A stretch of DNA of 64,000 nt from Vicinamibacterales bacterium. GTDB taxonomy: Bacteria; Acidobacteriota; Vicinamibacteria; Vicinamibacterales; UBA8438. The stretch is from NCBI GenBank assembly GCA_937766455.1, contig CALLXD010000010.1, forward strand, positions 8,298 to 72,297, in the 5' to 3' direction. Positions 39,598 to 49,783 of this stretch are shown piece after piece. The stretch's first letter is position 1, and every line of letters starts with the position of its first letter. The notes below the pieces were generated by a model that ran no database searches, had not been told where the DNA came from, and saw only the letters and a list, made by a program, of their open reading frames with translations. Both the position numbers and the translations under genes were made by a program.

Positions 39598-40641
39598 CTA
39601 TCTCACAAGAGGGCCGGCCCCCGAGGGACCGTCGGCTTCAGGGCGCTGGCGTCGTAGCATCAGTTCTTCGACCGCTAGCCGTGGGTCAGTGCGTCCCGCC
39701 AGCACCGCAGCCATCTGAGCTGCAATCGGCATGTCCACGCTGTGTCTGCGGCCGAGTTCCAGGGCCACGTCGGTGGTGGTGACCCCTTCAGCCACCGTAT
39801 GCATCTCGGCCAGAATTTCCTCCAGCGCTCGCCCCCGACCCAGCTCGATGCCGACGTGACGATTCCGGCTCAGTCCACCCGTGCAGGTCAAAATCAGATC
39901 CCCGATCCCACTCAATCCAGCCAGCGTGTCGCGGCGTCCTCCCATCGCACACGCCAACCGGGAGACCTCCGCAAGCCCCCTTGTCATGAGCGCGGCCAGC
40001 GCATTGGATCCCAAGCCCAGGCCCTCGACGACACCGGCCGCGATCGCGATGACGTTCTTCATGGCCCCACCCACCTCAACGCCGACGACATCGTCACTTG
40101 CGTAGAGCCGGAGATACGACGACCGAAACTCTTCTTGCACCCTCGCAGCGACGCCGGGCTCATCACTTGCCACCAGCACCGCGGTTGGTGCGCCCCGAGC
40201 CAGCTCGGCCGCAAAACTGGGTCCAGACAAGACAGCGATCGACCGCGACGGCCCTACTTCCTGTGCAATCACCTCTGACATCCGACTCAACGTCCCACGC
40301 TCAACGCCTTTCGTCGCGCTGACCACGGTGACGTCAGCACGCATCAGCGGCGCGGCGCGACGCATCAACTCGCGCGTGCCGTGCGACGGCACGGCCGATA
40401 CGACACAGTCCGCGTTGGCCAACGCCTCTTCGAGTGACGGCGTCGGTGCGACGCCAGGCGGGAACATCACGTCGGCGAGATAGGTCTGGTTGCGCTGCTC
40501 TGCCCGCAGCTGCTCGATCAGGGCCGCATTGCGGCCCCACAGCTTCACCGGCGTGCCCAGCCGCGCGATGTGAATCGCGAGCGCGGTGCCCCAGCCACCT
40601 GCGCCGAGCACCGCAACCTCCCTTATCGCCCGCTCGGTCAT
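39598..40641 (-). CDS. gpsA: NAD(P)H-dependent glycerol-3-phosphate dehydrogenase
   Basis: VAVLGAGGWGTALA...GAMKNVIAIAAG. Confidence 0.9.
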   Translation of the reverse strand: MTERAIREVAVLGAGGWGTALAIHIARLGTPVKLWGRNAALIEQLRAEQRNQTYLADVMFPPGVAPTPSLEEALANADCVVSAVPSHGTRELMRRAAPLMRADVTVVSATKGVERGTLSRMSEVIAQEVGPSRSIAVLSGPSFAAELARGAPTAVLVASDEPGVAARVQEEFRSSYLRLYASDDVVGVEVGGAMKNVIAIAAGVVEGLGLGSNALAALMTRGLAEVSRLACAMGGRRDTLAGLSGIGDLILTCTGGLSRNRHVGIELGRGRALEEILAEMHTVAEGVTTTDVALELGRRHSVDMPIAAQMAAVLAGRTDPRLAVEELMLRRQRPEADGPSGAGPLVR

Positions 40642-40787
40642 CTACTACTACCCTCTCCTATTTCGGAATCACCCAGCAAGCACGGCGTCACAGGCAGCCC
40701 ACCGTCTTCCGAACCTGTTGGCGTGCTGGCGATACGCCGACCGCGATCGCGCCTCGCAACAACGTCGCCCCGGCTCACTCGTCCAGA

Positions 40788-42104
40788 TCACTCGCTACGA
40801 ACAGACGCATGCCGTGGCGGTCGCTCCAACGCACGACGGAGCAAGTCAAGGGCGGTCCGCGTCGCCATCTGTCGAATCATCGCTCGATCACCCGGGAGGA
40901 GAACGGTCCTGACGATGCGCCGCCCCTCCGGGGCCACGACCGCGAAACACACGGTGCCCACGGGCTTGTCCGCGGTGCCTCCACCCGGTCCCGCGATGCC
41001 GGTCACGCCGACACCCACATCCGCGCCCACCGCCCGACGCGCGCCCGCCGCCATCGCCTCCGCCACGGGCTCGCTGACCGCACCGTGCTCCGCGAGCACC
41101 GCCGCCTCGACCCCCAACGCGGTCCGCTTGGCGTCGTTCGAGTAGGCGACGATTCCTTGGTCCAGGTACTTCGAGCTGCCTGGACTATCAACCAGCGCCG
41201 CCGTCACGAGCCCTCCTGTGCAGGACTCTCCTATAGCGACGCGATAGCCATGCTGGAGGAGCAGCGTGCCCACCACGTCTGCCAGGGTTCGACCATCCGT
41301 GCTGACAAGATGCTCACCAAGCACGGCCGCCAACTCCGCCGTCGCGCCATCGAGCACAGTCTGGGCAGCAGATGCCGTGTCGACCCGGGTCGACAGGTGC
41401 AGTTCAACCGCCCCGGGTGATGCCAGGATCGTGGTCTCGATCACGTGCCGCGCGCGCTGCCAGGGCTCGTACACCGGTTGGGTCAACTCCTCAACGTGCG
41501 ATTCTCCCCGACCCGCGACCCGCAATACCCGGCGATAGAGCCGCTTGGTCGACGATCGCGCCGCCAGTCGACCCGCGGCCAGTTCGGCAAACATCGGCTC
41601 CAGTTCGCGCGGCGGCCCGGGAAGCAAGACCACAATCCGGCCGGCGGCCTCTATCCAGAGTCCAGGCGCCGTCCCCCGTGGATTCTCCAACACGACCGCG
41701 CCGTCCGGGACCTGCGCCTGTCGCCGGTTGTTCTCCGGCATCGTCCACCCGCGAGCGCTGAAACGGCCTGACAGCCACTCCAGAATGCGTGGGTCCTCCC
41801 GCAGCGGAAGACCGAGTACCTCGGCCACCGTTTCCCGGGTCAGGTCGTCATCCGTCGGGCCCAGGCCGCCGCACACCACGAGCATGTCCACCCGAGCCAG
41901 CGCCTCACCAATGGCCGTCGCCAAGTCTGTAGGCGAATCACCGACAATCGACTTTCGCCTCACCACAATACCGACGTCGTTCAGTCGTGCCGTGAGAAAC
42001 AAAGAGTTGGTGTCGATGCGAAATGGGGTCAGGAGTTCCGAGCCGACCGCGATAATTTCGGCTGTCGACAGCCCGGAACCAACCGCGGGCGACGCGTCCG
42101 TCAC
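40788..42104 (-). CDS. cinA: CinA-family protein (MoCF-like N-domain + PncC-like NMN amidohydrolase C-domain)
   Basis: AEIIAVGSELL..TNS..L and C-terminal ESCTGG...GTVCFA. Confidence 0.83.
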   Translation of the reverse strand: MTDASPAVGSGLSTAEIIAVGSELLTPFRIDTNSLFLTARLNDVGIVVRRKSIVGDSPTDLATAIGEALARVDMLVVCGGLGPTDDDLTRETVAEVLGLPLREDPRILEWLSGRFSARGWTMPENNRRQAQVPDGAVVLENPRGTAPGLWIEAAGRIVVLLPGPPRELEPMFAELAAGRLAARSSTKRLYRRVLRVAGRGESHVEELTQPVYEPWQRARHVIETTILASPGAVELHLSTRVDTASAAQTVLDGATAELAAVLGEHLVSTDGRTLADVVGTLLLQHGYRVAIGESCTGGLVTAALVDSPGSSKYLDQGIVAYSNDAKRTALGVEAAVLAEHGAVSEPVAEAMAAGARRAVGADVGVGVTGIAGPGGGTADKPVGTVCFAVVAPEGRRIVRTVLLPGDRAMIRQMATRTALDLLRRALERPPRHASVRSE

Positions 42105-42571
42105 GCGCCACCCACGATCGACAACACCATACGCAACGTCACCTGTGCGTAGATTCCGGCGACGATGTCATCGGCCATCACGCCCCATCCTCGCGGCAAG
42201 GCCTCAGCCTGCCTGGCAGGAAACGGTTTGACGATGTCGAACAGTCGAAAGGCCAAGAACCCGACCACGATACCTACCGGCCCGACCGGGACCGCGAGCA
42301 GCGTCAACAACATGCCCGCGACTTCGTCGATCACCACGAGCCCGGGATCCCGTCGCTGATACATTGACTCGGCCGCAGAGGCCGCCAGTACACCGACACA
42401 TGTGACCGCGAGGACGACGCCGACCTCGAGCCAGAGCGACGCGGTGGACCGAACCGCCAGAAAGATGACCACGCCGGCCGCCGAGCCCACGGTTCCGGGA
42501 GCGCCCGGAGTGAAGCCGCACGGTCCGACCGTCGCGATGCTGACCAACACACGCCGTCCGAGCGCGATCAT
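42101..42571 (-). CDS. pgpA: Phosphatidylglycerophosphatase A
   Basis: Start at MIALGRR. GFTPGAPGTVGS...DEVAGM...FRLFDIVKP. 4-nt overlap with cinA. Confidence 0.8.
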   Translation of the reverse strand: MIALGRRVLVSIATVGPCGFTPGAPGTVGSAAGVVIFLAVRSTASLWLEVGVVLAVTCVGVLAASAAESMYQRRDPGLVVIDEVAGMLLTLLAVPVGPVGIVVGFLAFRLFDIVKPFPARQAEALPRGWGVMADDIVAGIYAQVTLRMVLSIVGGA

Positions 42572-42712
42572 GTAGTGCCTTGCCTTCCAGAAATCATCGT
42601 TAGGTAGTTGACCTGGGTCTCTACGTCCTGACGCCGTCGCACGAGTGCCGACGGACAGCAACCAGGCGTCACCCCCACATCTCAGAGTACACGTGGACAC
42701 ACCGACGAGCGG

Positions 42713-43411
42713 TCACGCCGACCGATGCACCACGACAACCAGCGTCCCTGCGATGCGATCATGCATTCCGCGGCGGTCGCGAACTGTACATATCCATATC
42801 AGGCCGGCCCCAGCCGCCAACAGGGACAAGACCATTGTCGTCACCCGTATGAGTGCCGCCGCGCTGCTCACCGAACGCCCGTCGGTGTCGACGACCCGGA
42901 TCCCCGCCACCATCTTGCCGAAGGTCTGCCCGCCAGTCGCAGTAAGCACGACGAGGTAGCCGCCGTCGAGCAAGAGCAGAAACGCGGCAAGCGGCGCCGC
43001 CGGCAGCACCTCGAGCGACGCAACGCCGAGCCCCGCGAGCCGCAGTGTCAGCCCGACCACCAGCGCGTCGAGCACCAGAAGCAACGTGACGTCGATGATC
43101 CCGGCTACCATTCGCGACGAGATACTCGCCGCCGGGGTGGTCGCCGCCACTCTCTCTCCGATGGCGGGCGTATCGAGCGATTGCTCTGGCCCCGGGTCCT
43201 GGCTCCGGGACACAGGGGCCTGAGACGGGACCGGCGTCGGCCGCCGTCCCCGCATCGGCGAGCGCTCAGCTGGTCCATCCGCGTCGACAACACCAGCCGG
43301 GTTCGGAAACAGGGGAAGCCCGGACGTCGCCGCCAGCGGCCCGTCCCCCTGGGGCTCAGACTCGCCGACCGCTCGATTCCGATGACGGCGAGGCGTTCCG
43401 CGTGTCACCAT
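42713..43411 (-). CDS. RDD-family membrane protein with long Pro/Ser-rich N-terminus
   Basis: RMVAGIIDV...GQTFGKMVAGIRVV...GMHDRIAGTLVV is the RDD pattern. Confidence 0.62.
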   Translation of the reverse strand: MVTRGTPRRHRNRAVGESEPQGDGPLAATSGLPLFPNPAGVVDADGPAERSPMRGRRPTPVPSQAPVSRSQDPGPEQSLDTPAIGERVAATTPAASISSRMVAGIIDVTLLLVLDALVVGLTLRLAGLGVASLEVLPAAPLAAFLLLLDGGYLVVLTATGGQTFGKMVAGIRVVDTDGRSVSSAAALIRVTTMVLSLLAAGAGLIWICTVRDRRGMHDRIAGTLVVVVHRSA

Positions 43412-43492
43412 CTCGTCTGCCTCATTCCGCAGGCCGGCCCCCGACCACGCCCGATCGCAGCAGTGCGGCCGCGCGCAAGCCGCGCAGGGATA

Positions 43493-44350
43493 TCAGAACG
43501 CGGGTCTCGACACGGGCCCGACGTCACGGACCCGCTCCCCCTCGAACTCGGCCAGTCCCACCCTCTCAAGCAAGCTGTGTTGCAGCTGACCTCTCAGCGC
43601 TTCGACGTCCTGATGCAGACCGCCGCCGCTCCCCACAGTGGCCAACACCCCAAGTGCTTGGCTGAGCCGCCCCTCACCCGCCCGCGCCCGTGCCCGGCCG
43701 AGGGCCAGCACCGGCGCGGACGGCACAGGCAGCGGAGCCACCGGCCCAGCAACAGGACGCGTGTCAGAGAGGAATCCGCTGCCCGCAGAACTCAGATCGA
43801 TCGGCATCCAGACCCCGGTGACAATCAGACCGGCGGCGGCCGCGACGAGCACGACCGCGGCCAACCCGAGCGTCGACAGCCTCTTCGCCGAAGGCCCCGG
43901 ACCGCGGTCAGGCTCGCGACGACGGCGCTGGGAGCGGCCACGGGGGCGCACGCTCCCTACAGCCGCCGGCACGTGGCCAAGCCGCTCCACACGGTCCAAC
44001 ACCGCGAGCACTTCATCGTTGGCGCCGCCATGCTGAATTGCCTTCGTGAGCAGCGCGCGCGCCTCGGTGGCCTCTCCTCGATCGCAGGCCTCGACACCGG
44101 CGTGGAGCAGTGCGTCCGACTCACGATGGCGCTCTGCCATCGCCGCCCTGGCACTCCGAATGTACGCCCTCGCCCCAGTGTGGTTCCGGTCCAGAAACAG
44201 GACTCGTGTCCACACATCTACCGCGCGCTCAAACTGCCCTCGGACGTAGTGATCAAGCCCGGTGAGCAGGAGCTGTTCTATGGTCACCGCCGGAGCCGCG
44301 CCACCACGCGGCGTGGTGGGGACGTCGTTACGCTGAGCTGGATCCGACAT
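43493..44350 (-). CDS. Membrane-anchored TPR-like hypothetical protein
   Basis: Start at MSDPAQ (ATG 44350). Helical TPR-like N-domain and one TM segment (LGLAAVVLVAAAAGLIV). Confidence 0.42.
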   Translation of the reverse strand: MSDPAQRNDVPTTPRGGAAPAVTIEQLLLTGLDHYVRGQFERAVDVWTRVLFLDRNHTGARAYIRSARAAMAERHRESDALLHAGVEACDRGEATEARALLTKAIQHGGANDEVLAVLDRVERLGHVPAAVGSVRPRGRSQRRRREPDRGPGPSAKRLSTLGLAAVVLVAAAAGLIVTGVWMPIDLSSAGSGFLSDTRPVAGPVAPLPVPSAPVLALGRARARAGEGRLSQALGVLATVGSGGGLHQDVEALRGQLQHSLLERVGLAEFEGERVRDVGPVSRPAF

Positions 44351-44479
44351 GGGGAGAGGCCGCCTGCGCCCGGCGAACCGAGGCCGATTATGAGCCACAC
44401 GACCTGGGTCGTCAACCGAGAGACGTATCCGCAGCCGCAGCACGAGCTCGCGGCGGGCGAGTGTGGTATACGTCCCCGC

Positions 44480-45373
44480 ATGGCGCGCATCGAAGCCGTA
44501 CCCAACGTCAGTGAAGGTCGCCGCGCGTCCGTGATCCGGGCCCTGGCGACCTCGGTGGGCGGACACCAGGATGTCAGCCTCCTCGATGTCTCGTCGGATA
44601 CCGCTCACAACCGGACCGTTCTTACCCTGGTCGGTTCTCCGGAGGGACTCCACACCGCGCTTCTATCGCTCTACGCGGTCGCGCTTGAGACGATCGACCT
44701 CCGGACGCAGACGGGCGAACATCCGCGCGTCGGAGCCGTGGACGTGGTGCCGCTCGTCCCATTGACCCCCAGCGACATGGGGTTGTGTATCAGTATGGCC
44801 GCGGCGCTCGCCGCAGACGTGGCGGCTCGGCATGACCTCCCGGTGTATCTGTACGAGGCCGCCGCGCGCGTGCCGGAACGACGACGGCTTGAACGGATCC
44901 GTCACGGGGAATTTGAAGGACTCGGGCAAAAAATGCATGCGGAGGCGTGGCGGCCAGATTTCGGTCCGCTCCGGCCACATCCGTCGGCCGGCGTCACCGT
45001 GATTGGGGCGCGGCCAGTCCTCATCGCCTTCAACATCAATTTGCGCACGTCTGATCTCGACGTGGCTCAAGCGATCGCGCGCGCGATCCGCGCCTCGAGT
45101 GGAGGTCTCCCTGCGGTGAAGGCGATCGGCGTGCGCACGGACGACGGTGGGGTCGTCCAGGTCTCAACGAACCTGGTCGACTATCAGACGACGGGACTCC
45201 ACACCGTATTCGCCGCGGTCGAGGCGGAAGCACAGCGACGGAACGTCGCGGTGCTGGGCAGCGAGATCGTCGGACTCCCGCCCGCCGCGGCGCTGCTTCC
45301 GGCCGCTGCCCGTCAGCTCCAGCTAGCGGGCCTCACGATGGATCAGGTACTGGACTATCGGCTCCTCCGGTAG
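44480..45373 (+). CDS. ftcD: Glutamate formimidoyltransferase
   Basis: MARIEAVPNVSEGR...HPRVGAVDVVPLVPL is the family signature. Only the last 297 codons of the 882-aa track ORF are credible. Confidence 0.82.
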   Translation: MARIEAVPNVSEGRRASVIRALATSVGGHQDVSLLDVSSDTAHNRTVLTLVGSPEGLHTALLSLYAVALETIDLRTQTGEHPRVGAVDVVPLVPLTPSDMGLCISMAAALAADVAARHDLPVYLYEAAARVPERRRLERIRHGEFEGLGQKMHAEAWRPDFGPLRPHPSAGVTVIGARPVLIAFNINLRTSDLDVAQAIARAIRASSGGLPAVKAIGVRTDDGGVVQVSTNLVDYQTTGLHTVFAAVEAEAQRRNVAVLGSEIVGLPPAAALLPAAARQLQLAGLTMDQVLDYRLLR

Positions 45374-46760
45374 ACGCCCCACGCCGTATTCCCGACGGCC
45401 GCGACGGCCGGATCCCGAATGCACGCATCTTCCGGTACAAGTTGCTGCGCTCAAGACCAAGCGCGTCGGCGGCCCGACTGATGTTGCCGTGCTGGGCCTC
45501 GAGCGCACTCAGGATGTAGTCGCGCTCGAAACGGTCCCGCGCTTCGTGCAACCGAACGGCAGCGGTTGTGTGACCGGCCGCAGCGGGGGCCGGCGGTACC
45601 GAGGTGGTCAAAAAAGACACATCCCGAGCGGAGATGACCGGTCCAGATACCATGATGACGACGCGTTCGATCACGTTCCGCAGCTCACGCACGTTCCCCG
45701 GCCAGTCGTAGTGTCGCAGTATCCTCAACGCGTCCGAATCGATTCGTTTCAGCCCATGCCCGTACTCGCCGGCGTAGATCGTCAAGAAGTGCTCACTGAG
45801 CGGGACCACGTCGTCGCGCCGGTCGCGCAACGGGGGCACTGTGATTGGCACGACATTCAATCGGTAGAACAGGTCATCCCGAAACCGGCCGGCCCGAATC
45901 TCCTCCGGCAGGCTCTTGTTCGTCGCCGCCACGACACGGACGTCGACGGCAACCCCCGCCCGACCTCCAACGCGCTCGACCACTTGCTCCTGCAACACCC
46001 GCAGGACCTTCGCCTGCGTCTTGAGGCTCATGTCGGCGATTTCGTCGAGGAAGATGGTCCCCTCATCGGCCAGCTCAAACTTGCCTGGCCGGTCGTGCAT
46101 CGCCCCAGTAAACGCTCCACGCACGTGTCCAAAGAGCTCGCTTTCGATTAGCTCCTCTGGAATGGCGGCGCAATTGACGTCCACGAACGGACCCACCGAG
46201 CGCCGACTCAACGCGTGCAGGCTGCGCGCCACGAGCTCTTTGCCGGTGCCGTTCTCCCCCTGAATCAGCACGCGCCCATTGGTCGGCGCCGCCAGCGCCA
46301 CCTGTGCCCGCAGCTCCGCCATGACGGGACTGTCCCCCACCATAATCTGCCGACGATCGGCGTCGGCACGGAGTGCCTGGTTCTCCACCTCGAGGCGCCG
46401 TTGCCGGAGGGCATTGCGCACCACCAGCACGGTCTTATCAAGCGACAGCGGCTTCTCAACGAAGTCGAAGGCGCCCTGCTTGATGGCTCGAACGGCGGCC
46501 TCGATGCTTCCATGCCCGGAAATCATCACGACCTGAGCGTCGACCCCTCGCTCTCGCAGTGCCGTCAGCGTTTCGAGTCCGTCAACCCCCGGCAACCAGA
46601 TATCCAAGATGATGAGGTCGAACACGCGACCGCCCGTGCGCTGCAGACACGCTTCGCCAGAGTCAACAGTCTCGACGACGTACCCTTCGTCGCTCAATAC
46701 ACCCGCCAGCGAAGATCGCACCCCCGCCTCGTCGTCGACGATGAGGATCGCGGGCTTCAC
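45333..46760 (-). CDS. Sigma-54-dependent response regulator (NtrC family)
   Basis: REC (LIILDIWLPGVDG), AAA+ (GENGTGKE, GAFTGA) and a Fis-type HTH. GTG 46760 overlaps the kinase stop as GTGA. Confidence 0.9.
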   Translation of the reverse strand: MKPAILIVDDEAGVRSSLAGVLSDEGYVVETVDSGEACLQRTGGRVFDLIILDIWLPGVDGLETLTALRERGVDAQVVMISGHGSIEAAVRAIKQGAFDFVEKPLSLDKTVLVVRNALRQRRLEVENQALRADADRRQIMVGDSPVMAELRAQVALAAPTNGRVLIQGENGTGKELVARSLHALSRRSVGPFVDVNCAAIPEELIESELFGHVRGAFTGAMHDRPGKFELADEGTIFLDEIADMSLKTQAKVLRVLQEQVVERVGGRAGVAVDVRVVAATNKSLPEEIRAGRFRDDLFYRLNVVPITVPPLRDRRDDVVPLSEHFLTIYAGEYGHGLKRIDSDALRILRHYDWPGNVRELRNVIERVVIMVSGPVISARDVSFLTTSVPPAPAAAGHTTAAVRLHEARDRFERDYILSALEAQHGNISRAADALGLERSNLYRKMRAFGIRPSRPSGIRRGASTGGADSPVPDPS

Positions 46761-49114
46761 GCGGGACCACCGCCGGATGACGTCACGACCGATTCGTCGA
46801 CCGAGGAGACCCCGCACGGAAGTTCGATCGAGAAGCGCGTGCCTCGGGGATGGTTCTCGCTCACCTCGATACTGCCTCCGTGCTCGACCACGATTCGGCG
46901 GACGATCGCCAGTCCGAGCCCACTGCCACGGCCTTTCGTGGAGAAATAGGGAAGGAACAACTTGTCGCGGTCCACTTCCGCGATGCCGGGTCCGTTGTCG
47001 CTGATCGTCACGCGGGCGATGTGGTTTGGTGCGTCAAAGGATGTGTCCACACCGATGATACCGCCTGGCGTGGCGCCCGCACCGCGCGCGCCGCCCAGCG
47101 CCGCGGCGGCGTTGTCGACCAGATTGACCACGACTCGCTGAATCTGGTCCGGGTCGAGCTGGACGGCCGGCAGATGAGGGTCATACGTAGATTCGACCGT
47201 CATGCCATCGAAGAGCCCGTTGTACAACGTCAACGTCTCCGCCAGCAGCGCATTCAGGTCGGCCGGCACCGCCTTCGGCGACGGTAATCGAGCAAAATGC
47301 GAAAACTCGTCGACCAATCCCTTGAGGGCCTCGACCTCCCCCACGATCGTGGAGGTGCACTCGTTCACGAGTTCCCTCGTCGACGGGGCGGCGGTGGAGA
47401 GGTTGCGACGCAACCGCTCGGCGCACAATTGGATCGGAGTGAGCGGATTCTTGATCTCGTGGGCCAGGCGACGCGCGACGTCCCGCCAGGTCGCGACTCG
47501 CTGGGCGCGGAACAGAGGGGTCACATCGTCGAAGACCATCACAACGCCATCCAACCCGTGCTCTCCCGGCAGAGTCGTGGCCGCAACGGCCAAGTGGCAC
47601 TCGCGACCCTCGCGGGCCAATGCCACCTCCCGGGCCGCCCGTCCCAGGTTTCCCCGTCGCGCCTCGCGCAGCATCGCACCCAGTGGTGCCAGGTCAGCGC
47701 GTTCGAACACCACGGCTGCTGGTTGGCCAATGACCTCCGCGTCGAGCGTCAGCAACCGGGTGGCCGCGGCGTTGACCGTGTTCAGTCGACCCGCGGGGTC
47801 GAGCGAAATCACCCCTGTGGCGATCCGTTCCAAAATCGTCTCGATATATTGTCGACGTCTCTCAGTTTCGCGGGTCTTGTTCTCGAGATCCCCCCGCGAC
47901 TGGATTAATTTGCGCTGGCTGATAGAGAGATCAGCAGCCATCGCATTGAACGCCTCGACCATGCCTCCGAATTCATCCGACGACTCCGGCTCGATTCGAT
48001 GGTCGAGGTGTCCAGTTCCGATCTGCCGGGCGCCCTCGGCCAACTGCAGCACGGGCCGTGTGATCCGCTTGGCGACATACGTGCCCAACCACGTCGCCGC
48101 GATCAGAATCATCAAGGTGGCCATCAGGAAGAACGATAGGTAGACGCCGGTCACCGGTCGGGTCAGCACCCGCAGCTGGTTGTAGGTGCCAAACGCTCCG
48201 TTGATGCGTCGGGCGTGTGCGGTCAGTTCACCGGAGAGCACATTGCTCGCCACGACCACACCCAGCACCGGCCCGTCGGTCGATGCCCTCACGACCGCCG
48301 CTCCCCGCAGCAGTTCGGCCCCGTCGCTCAACGGCTCAGCCGACCCGCTCTCGGCGCTCCCGGCCGCGAGGCTGGCCGCCAGCGCGTCCGCCGACGCCTG
48401 GGGGTAGCCGGGTGGCAAGAAAGGGTCCGCGACCTGCGCGAGTGGAATAGCGGTCACCACTCCGGTCTCGTCGGTCGAGACGCGATAGATGTCTATGACG
48501 CCTGCGCCGCCGACCGCCGGCTCCTCGCTGACGATCGCCTGCAGTGCCTGCTCCGAGACGCGGTCGAGCTCCATGGCGCCCAAGCGTGCGGCCACGCGAC
48601 CGGCGCGGTCCTCAGCCGCCAGCTGTTGATCTTGATACACGCCGCGGGCGATGGCATTCGCCGAGCGCAACACCTCGTCGATCGGCGCACTGAACCAACG
48701 CTCGGCGCTGCTCCGGATCACTTCGCTGCCGACGATGAGCACGAGCACCGACGGAATCAATGTGAGTCCGACGAGGGCAGCCACCAGCTTCGCGCGAAAC
48801 CGCGCAAACGGCACGGCACGCCGGCGTTCGGCCAGGATTTTGATAATGTTGCGCGCCAGCACGAAGCCCAAGGCCAGCAGCATGACCAGGCAGGCGGCCG
48901 ACAACGCGTAGAGGACGACCTCTGCCAGAAAATCAGGCGCGAGGTCGCTGGAACGGCGGGCCAGTCCCAACAGCCAGACTAAGGCGGCCACGACGACGGC
49001 AACCGCGAGCAGCACGAGTCGCGGGCTATCCTGGGGACCGCCACGAGGGGGGGGCGGGTCCGCGCCCCCGGGGGCGGCGAAGATACGGTCAGTGGATGGC
49101 GAGTGCTCGACCAT
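46757..49114 (-). CDS. NtrY-like sensor histidine kinase (TM-HAMP-PAS-HisKA-HATPase)
   Basis: H-box RRLAHEIKNPLTPI and DNGPGI..GSGLGLAIV. Multi-TM N-terminus. Confidence 0.87.
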   Translation of the reverse strand: MVEHSPSTDRIFAAPGGADPPPPRGGPQDSPRLVLLAVAVVVAALVWLLGLARRSSDLAPDFLAEVVLYALSAACLVMLLALGFVLARNIIKILAERRRAVPFARFRAKLVAALVGLTLIPSVLVLIVGSEVIRSSAERWFSAPIDEVLRSANAIARGVYQDQQLAAEDRAGRVAARLGAMELDRVSEQALQAIVSEEPAVGGAGVIDIYRVSTDETGVVTAIPLAQVADPFLPPGYPQASADALAASLAAGSAESGSAEPLSDGAELLRGAAVVRASTDGPVLGVVVASNVLSGELTAHARRINGAFGTYNQLRVLTRPVTGVYLSFFLMATLMILIAATWLGTYVAKRITRPVLQLAEGARQIGTGHLDHRIEPESSDEFGGMVEAFNAMAADLSISQRKLIQSRGDLENKTRETERRRQYIETILERIATGVISLDPAGRLNTVNAAATRLLTLDAEVIGQPAAVVFERADLAPLGAMLREARRGNLGRAAREVALAREGRECHLAVAATTLPGEHGLDGVVMVFDDVTPLFRAQRVATWRDVARRLAHEIKNPLTPIQLCAERLRRNLSTAAPSTRELVNECTSTIVGEVEALKGLVDEFSHFARLPSPKAVPADLNALLAETLTLYNGLFDGMTVESTYDPHLPAVQLDPDQIQRVVVNLVDNAAAALGGARGAGATPGGIIGVDTSFDAPNHIARVTISDNGPGIAEVDRDKLFLPYFSTKGRGSGLGLAIVRRIVVEHGGSIEVSENHPRGTRFSIELPCGVSSVDESVVTSSGGGPA

Positions 49115-49249
49115 GCCGTGCCCCCGAACGGGTCAACTCAACTGACAACGCTCGTCGTGGGTCATCGCGCGCGCGTCGTGTCCCTCATCGCGAGGCGCCA
49201 GTTGCGATGAATCACCGGACTCGGTATCGTGGGATTCCACCACAGGCGG

Positions 49250-49783
49250 CTAGGGAAGAAACGTAAAACTGGAGCGCCCCAGGGCGGCGGCGCGTTCCCA
49301 GGGCCACCGAAACCAGGACATCCGTGGTTGGCGATCCACGCGCACCCGCACGCCATAGTCGCTGTTAGTCTCCAACTCTCGCGTGCGGAACAACGGCAAT
49401 CGCTCCAGCGTGGTGACGAGTTCGCGTGCAGCCCCCTCCTGGTCGACCACCCGCACGTCGTCAAGCTCACCGTTCACGATGCGCACCACACGATATCGCC
49501 CGGTCAGTCCGTCGAGCGACACACTCGCGGAGATCGTCGCCCTATCGACCGTCTCGTCCGGCCAGTACGCGACCGCTCGTCGCAATTCCACGTCAAAACT
49601 GAACGTCGTTTCCAAGCCGCTCTCGACCGCCTCCTGTACATCGGCGCTGTAGGCGTCCGGCAGTTCCAGCGACACCAACAGATAGTCCTCACGCGCGAGG
49701 ATCGAGACCTCCACGTCGTCCTGTGCCTGCACAGAGACAGGGACGGTCACCAACGCCAGCAGCACGGACAGGGTTCTGATCAT
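49250..49783 (-). CDS. Secreted DUF4390-like protein
   Basis: Signal peptide ..VSVQAQ. The size and the position directly upstream of an NtrY-like kinase fit DUF4390. Called from recall, not from a search. Confidence 0.5.
   Translation of the reverse strand: MIRTLSVLLALVTVPVSVQAQDDVEVSILAREDYLLVSLELPDAYSADVQEAVESGLETTFSFDVELRRAVAYWPDETVDRATISASVSLDGLTGRYRVVRIVNGELDDVRVVDQEGAARELVTTLERLPLFRTRELETNSDYGVRVRVDRQPRMSWFRWPWERAAALGRSSFTFLP

Noticed and set aside
42725-44479. The first ~585 codons of an 882-aa plus-strand ORF antisense to the RDD and TPR/TM genes. Similar long antisense ORFs occur at 35339-37030, 38314-39657, 59882-61639, 22192-23256, 29082-30098, 74-1135 and 8586-9482.
   Set aside because: They lie opposite genes with unmistakable family signatures, are Arg/Pro/Ala/Ser/Gly-rich low-complexity translations and have no recognisable motifs. 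Stop-poor antisense frames are expected in GC-rich DNA.
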